Origin: Bigelowiella natans CCMP2755
Lineage: Eukaryota > Protista > Cercozoa
Length of the DNA: 64,000 nucleotides
Direction: 5' to 3'
Assembly: GCA_000320545.1 (NCBI GenBank)
Contig: ADNK01002608.1
Coordinates: forward strand, 62,001-126,000
Shown here: positions 21,946 to 36,887 of the stretch, in pieces
Layout of the letters: every line of letters begins with the position of its first letter
Position numbering within the stretch: position 1 is the first letter of the stretch
The notes under the pieces: model-generated
The model's database searches: none
Seen by the model: the letters and a program-made list of their open reading frames with translations, nothing else
What the model was told of the DNA's origin: nothing
Translations under genes and position numbers: made by a program

Positions 21946-24460
21946 GAGGAGGAGGAGGTGGTGGTAAGACCGGTGGACTTGGAATGATGGAGCGGGACTT
22001 GTGCTAGCCCGCCATGCGAAGAAGACCCACCCTGCCGCTGCGAATCTGATTAACCAAAGGAAAACGAGATGAGGAGGAGAACAGTCATTAGTTACCTCAT
22101 TATCATCACTATGCGTGGGTCTCTCACTCTACTTCTTCTATATAATTCACAGAATACTACCTCCTCCCATCAAAGCTCCCATCGATGATTGCCGACCACC
22201 GACCCCTGGCATTCCAATTCCTCCTTCATAGTTGGACGACGTAGTATAATTTATGCAATTGTTCAAAAGAAAAAATGATTACCACAAAAACAATTTTCAA
22301 CAAAAGTATCATAATGTAATAGGTGGTTCGAGGAAGGGGTGAATTGTCAACAATCATCCTTAATTTTTGTGCAATACTTTGCGTTGCTTTTCCTTCTTCT
22401 TGCTGCTGCTGCTGTTGTTGCGCTGCTGCTGCCCTTTGTCTTACGGCGATCTGTTTCTGGTGCGCCATAGCCGCAGCAGCAGCAGCGGCTCGCATTTCCT
22501 CCTGCTTCTTTAGCATGGTGGCTAACGTCTGCCCCCCCCTTCCACCACCTTGTGCAGCAGTACCCCATATAGGAGGTGGTGCTTGACTTGTTGATGATGT
22601 AGAGGATTGTCCACCACGGTTATTCCATTCTCCTCCTCCTACACTCTTAACTTTCTTTGCAGCCTCAACCTTGGCCGACTCGCTCTTTCTATCACCTCCC
22701 TTAGCAGATGAACTACTGGCAGACGATTTGCTCTTGGTAAGCGTAGAGGAGGAGGAGGAGAGCTTCGTTGCCTTTTTATCTCCGCCACCTTTCTTCGACA
22801 GCGATTTATCGTCGCTGGCCTGTTTCTTCTTGTCTGTTGATGAGGAGTTTGATCCTTTGGAAGAAGCTGATCCCCCCCTCGAGCTGGACTTACCACTCTT
22901 CGTGTTGCTGCTAGATGAAGCCTTGCCATTGCCGGCTTTGCTATTTTTCAGATCCTTCTTACCCCTTGAAGTAGTATCCGACTGGTGTTTCGATTTTTTT
23001 GGTGGTTCAGGTTCAGGTTCAGGCTCCGAGTCTTCCTCTTCCTTCTCTTCTTCCTCTTCGGAGTCATCCTCATCAATCGCTTCATATCTAGGAGGAGGAG
23101 GAACAGCAACGATGACGAGGGAAAAAACAAGTTACATTTTCAACAAATTCCGCATTTACTCGCAACATCATCCTTCAACCTAAAATCATTGACCTTTTCC
23201 CATACACCTCCCTAAAACTAAATCCCGACAACCATTACAATCAATACCACTACTTTTTAAACACGTGATCGACATCTAATACTTACAAGAACTCATCTTC
23301 AACGAAGCCGGGTTCCTGATTGTCGGAAATGTAGTAATCCAGATCCTCTTCAATCCGATTCGCTTGCTTTATGGAGATCTCCTTTTTTTCCAATCGTGAT
23401 TTCACAGCATTGAGTTGATCAAGATGCCAATTATGCCGCGAAATCCAGTGATCGAGGGTCACGAGCTGCTCCGACTTCGCCTTACTTTTCCGCTTCCCTC
23501 CAGATGCTGTGGCAGCTTCATATTGTTCCTCAAACTCTTCCAGCTGCTCGCGCAACTCATCTTGCTTCTCACCGATCCAGTGATACACCTATTTAATATT
23601 CAAACAAACAAAAAAACCTTTTCATCCCAACGCCGAATAGTCGAACCATTTAAAATTCATTTTTGAGTTTCCATACAGCTTCACGGGGGTCAGCCTTCTT
23701 CGTCTTTCCCGACTGAGCCAGGCCCTCCTTGGAGTATTTCTTCGTCTTGGACTCCTTTTCTAAGACCTTGAATCGCTCCATTTGCTATAGATTATACAAA
23801 TTTTTATACGATGTCACGAGTAGTAACTTTTTTCAAAATTTACCCTTTCTATGCTTTTCCTCGCTTCAAGCAGCGGCCGCTTGTCTGTTATCTCTGATTG
23901 TGAGGCCCATGACTTGATCTGCTCTCGATATCTTTGTAATTTCTGAGATAGGTGTCGAGCGGTAAAATTACAAGACCAAGTGAGAAAACACACGTACAGT
24001 TTTGAATTGTCTTGAGAGGTTGTGAATCAATAAAAAGAATAACCTTGATTTCCTTTTTCAAGTCGCCTTCATATTTTTCTTTGAGATTGGGCGTTGTTGC
24101 TTTCCGTACCTAAGGTGGGTGAGGAATTACCACTATAATTTCCAACTTGAAGCACACATTCTCAGCACAGATTTCCTCTTTCTCACGAATATTCTTCGGA
24201 CTCATTTCCCACACAGAATAAACCGTATCGCGCACAGTAGAGTCAAGTAATTGGAACATGAAAAAATGTTATTTATTATACTTTGAATTCTTTCACATAC
24301 TCATTTTTGCTGCAAATTTTACTTCACTGGGCCACTTTATCTCTCTTATCTCGAATACATTATCTACCTTATCCCAAATACTGTCGAATTCAATCATGCC
24401 CTCCTGCACACGCTTGAACACGCGTTCTATCTCCGCTTGCTTCTTCCGTGGCAAACTCAT
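20886..24460 (-). CDS. CNOT3: CCR4-NOT complex subunit NOT3/NOT5
   Basis: N-terminus [21 protein letters not shown]...[36 protein letters not shown]-terminal NOT box [44 protein letters not shown]...[10 protein letters not shown]. Confidence 0.96.
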
Positions 24461-24933
24461 CTCCCCTCCGTATTATAATCTTCTCTGTTCCAATTCGTCA
24501 ATTGCTGCTACTCGTTGAACTTTGGAGAGGGTGGGGTGACCGCGATTAGTGAGAGGATGTGGAAAAGAAAAGAAAACTTCGGTCCAAGCCGAGAAGGACG
24601 GGTTGGCTCAATATTAATGCTGACGACAATGTATGATCCATGTCGTAAAATAAAATCTACTGAAAGAAGAAAATATTTTCCTCAAAAGAGTGTAATAAGG
24701 GCAATTGAAATGAGCGACATGATGATCAATGAGACTCATGCTGTTATTACAGCTGTTACGTAAGAAAAAGCTGTTAGTAGTGCATGCATCAGATCAACAC
24801 AGAAACGATAAATAACAACCAACAAGGGGAGGAGAGGAGGATTCATCTGTCCTAATTTAGTGAACGGTGTCAGTTGCACCAGCTAGGACTCTTCTGTAGG
24901 ATCAGAGCGTAATATAGAGAGAATTAAACGTTT

Positions 24934-26207
24934 ATGTCGCACTCATACTTCAATGAGAAGTGGCAGCATGCTGTTGAGCGACTCAACGAACAGGTGCTGA
25001 AGAAGAAGAAAAGAAGACAAAGATGATGATGATGATGATGAAGAAGTTGAAGAAGAAGAAGAAAAGAAAAAATAGCAATAATATAAAGAGAGAAGAAGTA
25101 ATTTTCCATCACTATCACTTCGATGTGCACATACAACCAACATTATATGATGGTCACGTTTCACGACGAAGAGAATTTTTTACAATGATGCCCCAACATC
25201 AAACACTAGGTCGAAATCGAAAATCCCGAGGAAAATAAGCTGCAACTTAATGGGAACACGCAGTGGAATGACTTATGGCAGCATTACACGCACTTGTATA
25301 TCCGATATGTTCAGGTGACACGGAACTATTTTAATACACACACACACACACACACACACACAAGCACACGCACGCACATCACATATGTATAAATATTAAA
25401 TATATATACGTGTATGTGTGTATGTGCGCGCGCGTACAATTGTTGAAGAGCACAGTGGCCGCATACTTTGGAATGAGTTCATGTTTAAGAGAGAGAGCAA
25501 AAGCTTGAAAACAAAGCTCCTCATTATTTGAAATACTGGTAGATTTTTCGTCAACTCGAAGAATGCTACGACCAGATGGTTCATCCTCAGAAGCGAATGG
25601 TTAGTAATACTAAGACATCATACTACCAGCAGTATGACCTGCAATTATTTTCTTTTTTGTAGTAGTTGAGGTGCCAAACTATCTCGTCAAATCTTACTGC
25701 TTATTATTATTCCCAGAATAACCTTGATTCGTTGTACATAAGCTGAACACAAATCATTGTTTGGTCTCTTTCTCAGGACGTTAAGTCAGGCATGAAAACA
25801 GTAATGGCAAGGCTAATCATGTTGAAGGCGCAGCTCAAAGCCTTCGGCTACAAGGTTGTTATACACAGAGCTGGACATTTAAATGGACATTGCGTACATA
25901 TAAGCATTCTAGCTTTATTTGGCACACCACTACAGAGCCCCATGCACCATTATCATCATCATGATGCTCATCATCATCATCATCCTTCCCTTCCATTTAG
26001 GGAACTAAAATGGAATACTTGAACCTCGACGAGCAAATCATGGACCTGAAATTGCTACCACAGGATTTGGAGGTGATGATGATGATGATAATTGTGTGAG
26101 AAACAAATTCAGTTAGTTGTGTAAAACAAGACAGAAATAATGATTATCATACGCTACAGCCATTTATCGTAAATAAAGCGTAAGGAAGGGCTCTTTACCG
26201 TTCTCTC

Positions 26208-26238
<31 letters not shown>

Positions 26239-26297
26239 CTCCTCTCTGACTATCCCCGAGTACTACTACTTCTTCTTCACCTTGGAACATCATCACA

Positions 26298-26333
<36 letters not shown>

Positions 26334-26786
26334 AACTACCGTTAGATCCCAATCCCACGATATTTCATTGACGAAGACCTCATTACGCTTCCGGACGTAA
26401 AATAATTGGAAAAAAAATAATATTGTTGTGTGAATCTGCTGTGTGCCATTGAAAAATAGACAGAGAGACTGACAGCAGTTGTGCGGATTGGGGTTGTTTA
26501 TTTTTCAGCAATATCATCATTATCATCATCATCATCATCAGCAGCAGCAGCCTGTAAATAACATTAATTTATACTTCACTCTCTTTCAGGCTGTTAAGGC
26601 AATGTATATTTTGAAGCGATGCATGAAGTTACAAGCAGAAACAGTACCTGCTGAGGAAGCTCTTCCTGATCTTGGCCATCGGATGGACCGTGCGGAGGCA
26701 ATTCGCATTATCCAGAGAAATGAGGTCAAATATTTCTCTTCTTCTTCTTTTTCTGCTAGGGTTATTAACATCTTACTCGTATTTAC

Positions 26787-26824
<38 letters not shown>

Positions 26825-27461
26825 GCACTCTGGATACGTGCGTAGTCAATCGAATTGTATGCTGATCAATATCCCCCACTGAACTTGTTGAATTTATGCT
26901 GGTCAATTCCCTCCACTTAACTTGTTCAATAATAATAAAGCGTGGACGCCAAGGCAGACTAAGGGCCAAGATGATGCGTCTTTACCGGTTGTACTTATAT
27001 ATAAATAACATAATCATGTGACGAGGAGGCAGTCTTGCAAGTGCAAACAGTGATAGTATTGAATTGACAAATCTTGCAAATTGAAATCATCGTCAAAGTT
27101 GTATTTCTTCTCTTTTTCATGATTACTAATATCAGTCTTGAAGAAAAGAAAGCACAGGAAGCTGCCAATCCCAAAGAGGAGGAAGGACTCGACTTGAAAT
27201 CAGCGACAACAGCGTTAGTACTAGGACACCTAGGCCGATCAAAGGTTAGGAAGATGCGACAAAGAGAGCTCAAATTCCTCGGAATGCGCTCCCCAGTAAA
27301 GGTAAAAAGAAGGTGACGGTTTGATGATGATATGTCCTATACATATGATGATATTGCTTTAACAATGATGATGATGATGATGGAGGTGATGATCGTAATT
27401 GTGATGGTGTAATTAAGAGTAGTCTTTAAGTGAAAAAATAACTGACTGTTGTTGCTTTTGC

Positions 27462-27492
<31 letters not shown>

Positions 27493-27940
27493 CATGTGTC
27501 TAAAGCCGTTTGAGAGGGTCAAGTCCGAGGGGGAGGAAAAACCAAGAATTGTCGAGTGAGTAAATGTGTTGTTGTATGCGCACGAAAACACAAAAAACAC
27601 TAAATAAGTATATACATTTTATACTGTAGTATGTCTTCGTTGGCATTTTAGTTGTATGTAACCAGCAGTATCTTTTCTAAGAAGAATCTTTGTAGGATTA
27701 AGTCAGAAGCCAAAAAAAAAATGGAAGAATACAGGTTGCAGCGGAAAAAACAGCAGGTGGTATTTTCAATGAATTTTGCATGCAATTATTATGACAATGT
27801 TTGGCCTTGTGTTGGTTGTATTAGAATAGTGATAATATCTAACATGCTAGCTTGAATGGTGTGTGTCTATTTTTGGACTAGACTATACTTTATACTATAC
27901 TTGTGTTAAATGTTATTTTGAAAATTGAAGATATGTAGAC

Positions 27941-27981
<41 letters not shown>

Positions 27982-27983
27982 TA

Positions 27984-28021
<38 letters not shown>

Positions 28022-28454
28022 TATCGTATTTTTTGGCTAATGTTGATGAATAATACTACTAAAAAGGCATACAACGAGAGGGAATTTGGACAGCAACTAC
28101 AGGCTCTCCAATCTAAAGGTGGTTCTAATAAAACAATATATCAAACGGTGAAAATTATTCTACTAATTAGCCTAAAAAATGTGCCGCCTTTCTCCCTCTT
28201 CGTTATCCTTCTTGTCGTTTTAAGAAGAAACGGTCAGGCAGATAACTAAGGAGTCAATTGGAGTTTTTTTGTCTTCTTTTGGTTTATTCACCATTTCTGA
28301 CTTCTACGTTCAAGTTTTTTTATTCTTCCAAATTTTAATATCTTTAGTGAAAGTGAGTGACATCGGTGAGATGAAGGATGAATTGTGGCAGGAAAGGTAG
28401 TAGTAGTAGTAGTAGTAGTAGTAGTTGTAGTTGTAGGAAAAGACAAAATTATGG

Positions 28455-28494
<40 letters not shown>

Positions 28495-29553
28495 ACCATA
28501 CGTACCTTAACATTCCTTCGTGATCATCATCAACATCATCATCATGATCATCCTCCTTCTTCTTCTTGTTCTTCTTCTTCTTCCTCAAATTAGATATCAA
28601 TGGTTCGTTGAACAAAAGAGGACTACGGGAAAATATCCAACCAACTGGACCAACTTCTATAGAGAAAAACATCTTAACTCACTCACCCCTGAGCAGAAGC
28701 TGGTAAGACTACGTGAGAAGAAGAAGAAGAAGAGGGAAACAATAATAGAGACAGGCGACAATGGAAAATAATTCACTTGATTAATGAATGCTAATGCTAT
28801 GTACTCATCATCATTATCTGCTTTACTTCCCTGATAGAAATTTCTTGCGAAGCAAGAAGAGGAGAAGAAAAAGGCTGAGGCAGGAGGGGGTGGAAAGAAA
28901 GGCAAGAAGGGGAAGAAGGGGAAAGATAAAAAGGACAAGAAAGGGAAGAAGAAGAAGGGCAAGAAGGGCAAGGTGCGAAACCATTTGTTATTTGCTGTTT
29001 GCTGCGATGGTTGTGGTGGTTGTGGTATGCAGATTATAATACCAATCGAACCACCTAAGAGTGGATCGATGACGACGATAATTGTGACTACTCTGTTCTC
29101 TGTTGTCTATAGAACAAAATAATAGCAGTAGCCTTGGACTGCTGTTTTCAAATCAACCATTCTTTTATTCTTATCATCTTCTTCTTTCTCCTTCTTGTAG
29201 GGCGGGGGAGAGCCACCAGCATCAATACTAGCAGTTAACCCTGCAGGTTGTGTGCTGATGAAATAGTAGTGCGAGAGAGAGAGAGAGAATAAAGAGAGGG
29301 TGGAGTGCAGCAACAATCACCCTGATCTGTACATAAATAATGTGCCCATGCTCTCTTTTTCCTTCCCCCTCCTCCTCCTCCTCCTCCTCCTCCTCCTCCT
29401 CCTTGTGCATCATCGTTCAATGAAATAAATATATAACAGGCCCTGTACCTGAGCTTGTGGATCTTATGCATGAAACCGTTACGAAATACAAGTCAACATG
29501 GTCAACTTTGGATGAAACCGAGAATTTTAATCAAGGTGTGTCTACAGATATAT

Positions 29554-29595
<42 letters not shown>

Positions 29596-30100
29596 CATCA
29601 GAGAAGATTCTTCATCAGATTTGGTTCAGAAATTGATATTTATCCTCTTCTTACCAAAGAGGAACCAAAACCATCATCATCATCATCATCATCATCATTT
29701 GGTATAATTTGTCTTGATACCACCTCTTCTAACGAGGAATGGCTGCTTGTGTCTTTCCTGAATATTAATTCACTCTTCTTGTTCTCATTGTTGTCGTATA
29801 TCTTTGTATATCTTTCAGGCTACGATAAAGGCATTGCTGAAGAAACCGTAAACTATACTGAGAAATAATGATTGATCGATCCCATGCTGCTTTCAAATAT
29901 TTGTGCAAGAAAAAATTATCTTTCTTCTTCTTCTTCTTCATCATCGTAACAACACAACTAATCAGGCAAAGAGATTAGTCCGCGCAGAGATCACACCGAA
30001 TTGGGACGACCAGCTTCTCGCATATCTACAAAATATTGTCAACCCAGGAGGAGGGTTAGTACTAGTACTTCGTTTATTAAACGTCAATGATAGTGCGCGC

Positions 30101-30188
<88 letters not shown>

Positions 30189-30384
30189 GGGGGGGGGTCG
30201 CAAAGCGCTTGAGTGCACAGTGTAAGAAAGTGCCGTGATAAACGTCGTCGTCGTCAATATTGTTGTTGATTGTACATTATTGTTAATCTAACTTATCAGG
30301 GGTGCAAAGAAGGCGGGGAAAAAGGGGAAAAAGGCAAAGAAGGGAGGGAAGAAGACTTCCAAGAAAGAAGGTAGCAGCAATCTC

Positions 30385-30427
<43 letters not shown>

Positions 30428-30438
30428 GATGCACAAGT

Positions 30439-30479
<41 letters not shown>

Positions 30480-31255
30480 GTATTTGTAGTAGCAAGCTCC
30501 ACGATTACTTCTAAATAAATAACAGGAGGTGAAAAGAAAAAGTCATCAAAGGGGGGTTCAAAAAGCAAGAAAAAGAAGAAAGCAGGTGGAAAGTCGTCCA
30601 AAGGCAAGCAGTATACAGAGGAGCTTTTTCTCAAAGACGTGCCCCCAGAAGACCACTTAATGCACATGATTAAGCAGCTCTTGCAAAATGGGATTCTGAA
30701 AAAACTCGAAACACCAAAGCCTCTCAACGATCTTATCGGGGATGCGAATCTAATAGGTGGGTGGGTGGGTGCCTGCTTCTCCTTATTTAATAAGTCGTCG
30801 TCGTAGTAGTACTAGAGACTTAGTGGAGAATGGCGTTGTGGTGTGAGCCTTTTTGTCAAGCTAAGGAAAATAGAAATGATATCAACGAATTATAGAATAT
30901 ATTTTTGCTTAGGATGTTGATAGAGAAGCATTTAAGTCTCCTCCTCATGAGCATTATACAACTAATACGCCATCATCATCATCATCATCATCATCATCAT
31001 AATTACCATATCTGATCAGGCATGCACTACCAGAAGCAGAACGCATACAATGCCCCCTCCATGGCTCAGCTACGTGCCTGTGTCACCTTGCATGGAATTC
31101 TCCCTCTTGGAGAGCAGGAAGTCAAAAATATGCAGGCTAAAGGACCTGGAGGTAAACAAAGAAGGAGTACCTACCTGTGAGATTGGATGATGGAAGAGGA
31201 GAGAAAAAAATAAACAAAGAATTCTTAAGTCTATAACTGCATTGTCTAGTATTGC

Positions 31256-31291
<36 letters not shown>

Positions 31292-33201
31292 GATTATCTG
31301 TTGTAAATTACCTAATGTTATTATTATTATAATTATTATTATTATTTGTTCCTCTTTCAGGTTTGTGTAAGGCAATATTGCTAGCTGGACCTAAGGGAAC
31401 AGGGAAGACTCATATTGCAAAGGCTATTGCTGGACATACGAACGCCATTTGGATGGATATTTCACCTACCGTATGTACAAACCTACATTTGATGAATGAT
31501 AACTGCATATCGATTTTGAGATTGATGCTGCCTTTCAAAATGGGCATCCTTGCATTAAATCGATGGAAATATTGTGATTCTATTGAATAAATTTTATTTA
31601 GAATATCATGCCAAAGATCAAGAACAAGAAGCACGCCCAAGCGTTAGCGTATATGTGTTTTGAGGTTGTTCTCTCCAAAGTGAATTCTATACTAATATGT
31701 ACCATGTTACTATTGATAAAGAATGCTAGTAGGAGTTATACAAGAGCAGGGTGGGTATGGAAAATATAGGGAGATGATGGGAATAAAACAGCTTAAAAAC
31801 CATTGTTGCTGGTGATGCTACTACTGATGCTACTGCCGCTGCTGCTACTGTGTTGAGATGTTGTATTGTTGTGTGTGCTGTTTATGAATCAGGTTGCTAG
31901 GCAATTCTCTGAATTTGGAAAACCAACTGTCATGTACATGGATGAGGCCGAACGCTTTTTTGGTACTATCAGAAGAATTCTTACATAATAGCGACGATGC
32001 ATGCAGCCGCTAATTCTTTTCAATAATTCTAAGAATAATTCACACTACTTTTTCTTGCATCCTGTTCTCAGCTAAGAAGAAAGTAGTAACTAAGATTGCG
32101 GAAACAAGGGCACGATTTGCAAGGTTCTGTAAACAGGATTTTATCGGATTCAAAGACATTTTCGTAGAGGAATCAAAGAAACTCTCAGCGAATAAAGTTA
32201 CGAGCAACTATCCTAGAGTGCTCATCGTAGGTACTTTCTACTACTACCACTACCACTACCACTACCACTATTGCTACTGCTACTGCTATTGCTGCTGCTG
32301 CTACTACTTTCCAACCTTGCATACATCTGTATATGTGCACGGCGCGCGCATGTGTGCGCTGACATATAGTACGGTAGCTAATTGCTTCACACTTTATCCA
32401 TCGTCATCATCAGGAAATACATGCAAACCGAACCATGAATTTACCGAGAAAAAGGAGTTTCCAGGTTTCTTTAAAAAAACCGGAAACAAGCTGTTTTTTA
32501 CCCCACTGCCAAACTATGATACAAGGTAATTATAAAAGTCACATTTTTTCAAAGTTAAATTCAAGAAAAGCCAGAACAAACAAGAATAATAGCTCGGAAG
32601 ATGCTAATCATCATACAGACTACTGTGAAGACTTTTCTTTCGCTTTCACTTCGCCCCTCTCCACCCCCCTCCCCTCTGCTGATGAAATTACCATCGTAGA
32701 CTACTGATATGGAAGCATTACATCAACCGGGCTAGCCTGGATTCATTCGATTTGTCAGCAAATAAGAAGTAAGGAAAACAAGACCGGAAGGCCTTCTATT
32801 CCTCCCCAACACATCCCTGATTGATCCCCAAATATACTGAGGATGCGTCTTAACTGCGCATGGACGCACACCAAGCCGTTTGGGCGAAACACATCCTTTT
32901 TTTTCTGCTGGAAAACTTCTGGCCTTTTATTAAACACTATTATTTTCCCACGAACAACAGATTTTCGCTGTCGATTCTAGCGCATATTTCATCTGGATAT
33001 TCGGCTGGTAAGAGAAGAGAAGAGAGAGAGGGTTGTGTCGGACAGGGAGAGTAATTTATATGCAGTAACTCCACTTTGTATGTATCCATTGTTATCCCGT
33101 AAGAACATAGATAATTACCAATAAGTAGACAAGAACTTATTTTGCATTTGTTCATGCAGGGAACATTCGCAACGCCGTCATGATTACGCTACCAGATGCT
33201 A

Positions 33202-33233
<32 letters not shown>

Positions 33234-33591
33234 TGTTCCTTTCATTCTGCTCATTCATCACAGATCTGTAAAGCTGATATATAGTCCATGGATACCATTG
33301 ATGACAACCAATAACGACGTTATGCAACAACCTGAAACACTTCCTCGGGTTCCTCACTACTACTCCATGCTGACTTCACTAACTCCTTGATATAAAAAGG
33401 TGGAAAACATACAGAAACAAGTGGATGTAGGGCGCACGCCGAATCTTACCACAAACGATTTTGTCTCTGCGTTATCCAAGGTAGTAGCGACAAGATGGAA
33501 GGGAGGGGGGTAGAAAAAGCGCGAAAGTGATGTCTGCTAAAGGAGAAATAATTCCTTCAAACTTAAACGGAGATATTTACAAATGCTGGCT

Positions 33592-33630
<39 letters not shown>

Positions 33631-33997
33631 TCCTCAGCTTCCTTTCATGTTCAAAGAGGACTACGGCTCTTTCGTGCAATATATGATCAAGCAAATTCCG
33701 GGCGAGGTGGATCGTAGAAAGCTAGAAGCCAACCCTGAGGCACTGAAAGAACAGAAAAAGGTATATGTGTGAGCATTTGCTACATTAAGCGTATAATACT
33801 GCAGGGTAGGTATCACTTGCACAATGACCTTCGATAGCCCTGTTCCTCATTTTTTTAATAAAAAAGTAGTAACTTCCGCGTGAATGAATAATATGATTTA
33901 TGATACTTACTTACCTAAACGTCCGGGTTTTCACGAATGTCTTTGTTTCCCCTAGGCCGGCAAGAAGGGGAAAAAGGGAAAAAAGAAGAAGAAATAA
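24934..33997 (+). CDS. IQCA1: Dynein regulatory complex protein 11 (IQ and AAA domain protein)
   Basis: MSHSYFNEKW..., LYIRYVQ|IFRQLEECYDQMVHPQKR, IPIPRYF, IIQRNE|RGRQGRLRA, Walker A GPKGTGKT (~31387), Walker B VMYMDEAE, SLSILAHISSGYSAG and a Lys/Gly-rich tail; stop 33995-33997. Confidence 0.92.
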
Positions 33998-35296
33998 AAG
34001 TGTTCGCCACCACCAACATAATTAGCAGGTGCACCCACTGATTTAGCATGTGGACTGAGAAAGGTTGCTAAAAATCGTGTGTTTGGTTCACAAGCATAGA
34101 TGAACTGCGGCAATGACTAGATGACATGAGTGAGCGTTGCATGATGGGCATGCTACACCCTACGCACCATGCTAGCTCTGTGCATCGATCCGCCGCCGCA
34201 GCGCTACGATGCAAATCGATGGGTGATGTGTAGATGATACCATGCGCACATTGTGCAATGATAGAACATTGCATTGTTGTGTTGCGGAGCCATGTCAGCG
34301 CTGGTGTCATTGTGATTTCATAGCATTGCTGCGGACGCACGTACATGCAAACAAATTGCATAGTGGAGGCATCGCTGCGCATCGCATTAATGTCATTGCG
34401 CAGTAGTTACTCGGCTTGTCGTAGACATGACAATGCATGTACGTCTGCACAGCTAGAGCGCATCGCCAGCATCACACATGGATCCGATGCATCACATATC
34501 TAGACATGCAGGCAGACCAAACAACCACGGGCACTGGAAACCTCTGCTCCTAGCGTCGGCAGTTTGCACTGTCTAGCTATATATAGCTGTTACGCAGGTC
34601 AACGTACATGTGATGCAGCGTGGCGTGAATTTCAATGTGTCCATGCATCCATCGTGCACATGCGACTTGAATGTCTCGCACACTGAGAGCATTCATGCAT
34701 ACTCACATGTGCATCATGGCGTGCTCAACTGCATGTATCGTAGCCCACTACACCGCGTGTGCCAATCTAGCTATAGCAATAATGAGTTCATGGATGCATG
34801 GCTGTGCCTTTCTAGCTTTTCTCATGCACACTTCTAGACATAATCACTACACATGAATGAAGCTAAACTTCAGCGAAGTGATGTATGTGCCACTCATCTG
34901 CTTAATAGTGGTCCACGTAGAGACATGAAGTCTCTATGTTTGATCATTGCTGTGCGTGCTAGTAGTACTTGACATGAGGCTATCCATAGTTGACAACAGG
35001 CACAGTTCATGTGACGCACACATTGAGTACAAATATGAAAGTTATGTCTATGGTGTGACGTACGTGCGCAGAAATACTGTTCTATTTGACATCACATGCA
35101 TCGGTGTCGTATCTCTCAACCAACTATGAGCGAGAGAAAATTTTCAGCAAAGTGCCATGAGTATTTTTCTATAAAAACACTAGACATTCTTCGTTCGCGG
35201 ATTTGTCATCACAGGGATCTCCAGCACCTAAGTAAGTGGTTTGATTAAGAACGACAATGATTGGAGGAAATCGTGTGCCATTACTTGCGAATAGGG

Positions 35297-35512
35297 CTAG
35301 AGAGCACGTATGTCGGAATCATCATCAGATAGTGAACCTGCAGCAGTATTGTAGTGCAGGCGAGACCACCATCCAATTGCTGCACAAGTGGAAATTATAA
35401 CTATGCTGCCACCAAGGAGGACAGCGAGAACATCTCCCATATCTGCGGCAACGCAAACAGGTTGAACGAATAGAAGTACAGAAAACAGTAGGCTTCGCCA
35501 TATTTCTGCCAT
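35297..35512 (-). CDS. SMIM30-like small membrane protein (71 aa, single exon)
   Basis: Signal peptide followed by ADMGDVLAVLLGGSIVIISTCAAIGWWSR, matching the SMIM30 pattern (GDAIALLLG...ICACLGVYAR) from recall. Confidence 0.7.
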   Translation of the reverse strand: MAEIWRSLLFSVLLFVQPVCVAADMGDVLAVLLGGSIVIISTCAAIGWWSRLHYNTAAGSLSDDDSDIRAL

Positions 35513-35907
35513 AGTGTCTAAATTGTGGGCCGTTACGGCCCGGGAGAGACGAAGGGAGGAGAGGGGTTAAAGGGAGAGGGAGAAGCAAGAAAGCTATGTC
35601 AATTCTAATTTTCTTGAAAGGAATCGAATCCTCCTGAATATGAGGCTGTTTTCATGCTGCGACATGACTCATAGACCGATAGAAGTCGTCTTAATTCTTA
35701 ATTCTGTTTTCCATTTCAATCGAGCTCGCAGCTCGAAGGGGAGGGGATTCGAAGGAAAAGAGAGGAGAGTAGTCTCCATTGGTGATAGTAAAAAAGTTGT
35801 GGTGACAACAGATAACAACAAGAACAAAGAAAAGGAAAGCGCTGTGATCATCAAGAAGGACTAGTAAAGTTCCTGCTCTCCGTAATAGGCCATTCTCGCT
35901 CACACGC

Positions 35908-36887
35908 ATGCTTCCGAATGACCATGAGAATCGTGGAGGGTTGCAGGTAATGATGAGGAGCCACTTTGAATTTATCAAATCGATATAAACTGACTATAAA
36001 TGATAACAGAATTGTCTCTGCGCCACTCCTCAGTATAGGTGCATTGATTAACATCTGTGAACATCTGCATTGTGTTTTGATCAACAATCTTCTTTGACTT
36101 TAGGCGAAACGTGATGTTGATAGTTCTTGCAGCAATTATCCTCTCACAAGGAGGATTGTTTCCATATTTCGGAATTGCTGTCGCAATTATCATCGTCTCG
36201 GCCCTGATCCTATATTCTTTAAGGTTGTGTGATAATTAGTACATATGCCACCGCATCTGATGTGGCTTTCCTTCATTTTGCAGGCACTGCAGGTACCACA
36301 ACCCTTTAATATCGTATCAACGGGTTCCTATGGGTCATAATGGATCTGATATGGCGATGGGTGACACGGTGGCTCTTGACATTAATCCCGATCACTTGAG
36401 GCTTATGGCAGCATCGAGGGACTTCGATGCAAACGGTAATTTGTTGAGGGTGACCGCGATGATGTCAAAATTTTTGATGCATTTTGGATTCGACTAACTT
36501 CAAAATCAAGACTGTAGTAATATTAGAATGAATTTTGAACTCTTAGATTACGAGGAACTACTTCGTCTTGATGAGGGAGCAGGCGTTCACCATGGACTTC
36601 ATCAATCCCAGATTGAGCGGTTTCCGAGGCACATGCACACAAAGTTAGTTATTTTTCTTCATTAAACAAATGTGACAAGGGACTCTTACACATGCAATTT
36701 AAAAAGGGAAATCAAAGCGAAAAAGTTATCATGCTCGATTTGTTTGGAAACCGTTCAGTTGGGTGAAGAGATAAGAATATTACCATGCCTTCACAAGTTT
36801 CATGTGACGTGCATTGATAAATGGCTGAGCGACAAACCCATTTGCCCAGTGTGTTTGTTCCCTGTGAATCAAGCGCTCTCGATGTAA
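35908..36887 (+). CDS. Membrane-anchored RING-H2 E3 ubiquitin ligase, SDIR1-like
   Basis: Two TM segments (36103-36220), [14 protein letters not shown]|[10 protein letters not shown], then RING-H2 CSICLE...[16 protein letters not shown]...CPVC. Start codon is approximate. Confidence 0.88.

Noticed and set aside
34068-34856. His/Cys/Met-rich ORFs as metal-binding proteins (also 50691-51025, 52736-53373)
   Set aside because: TA->TG/CA removes stop codons and turns Tyr/Ile into His/Cys/Met, so such ORFs are expected by-products.
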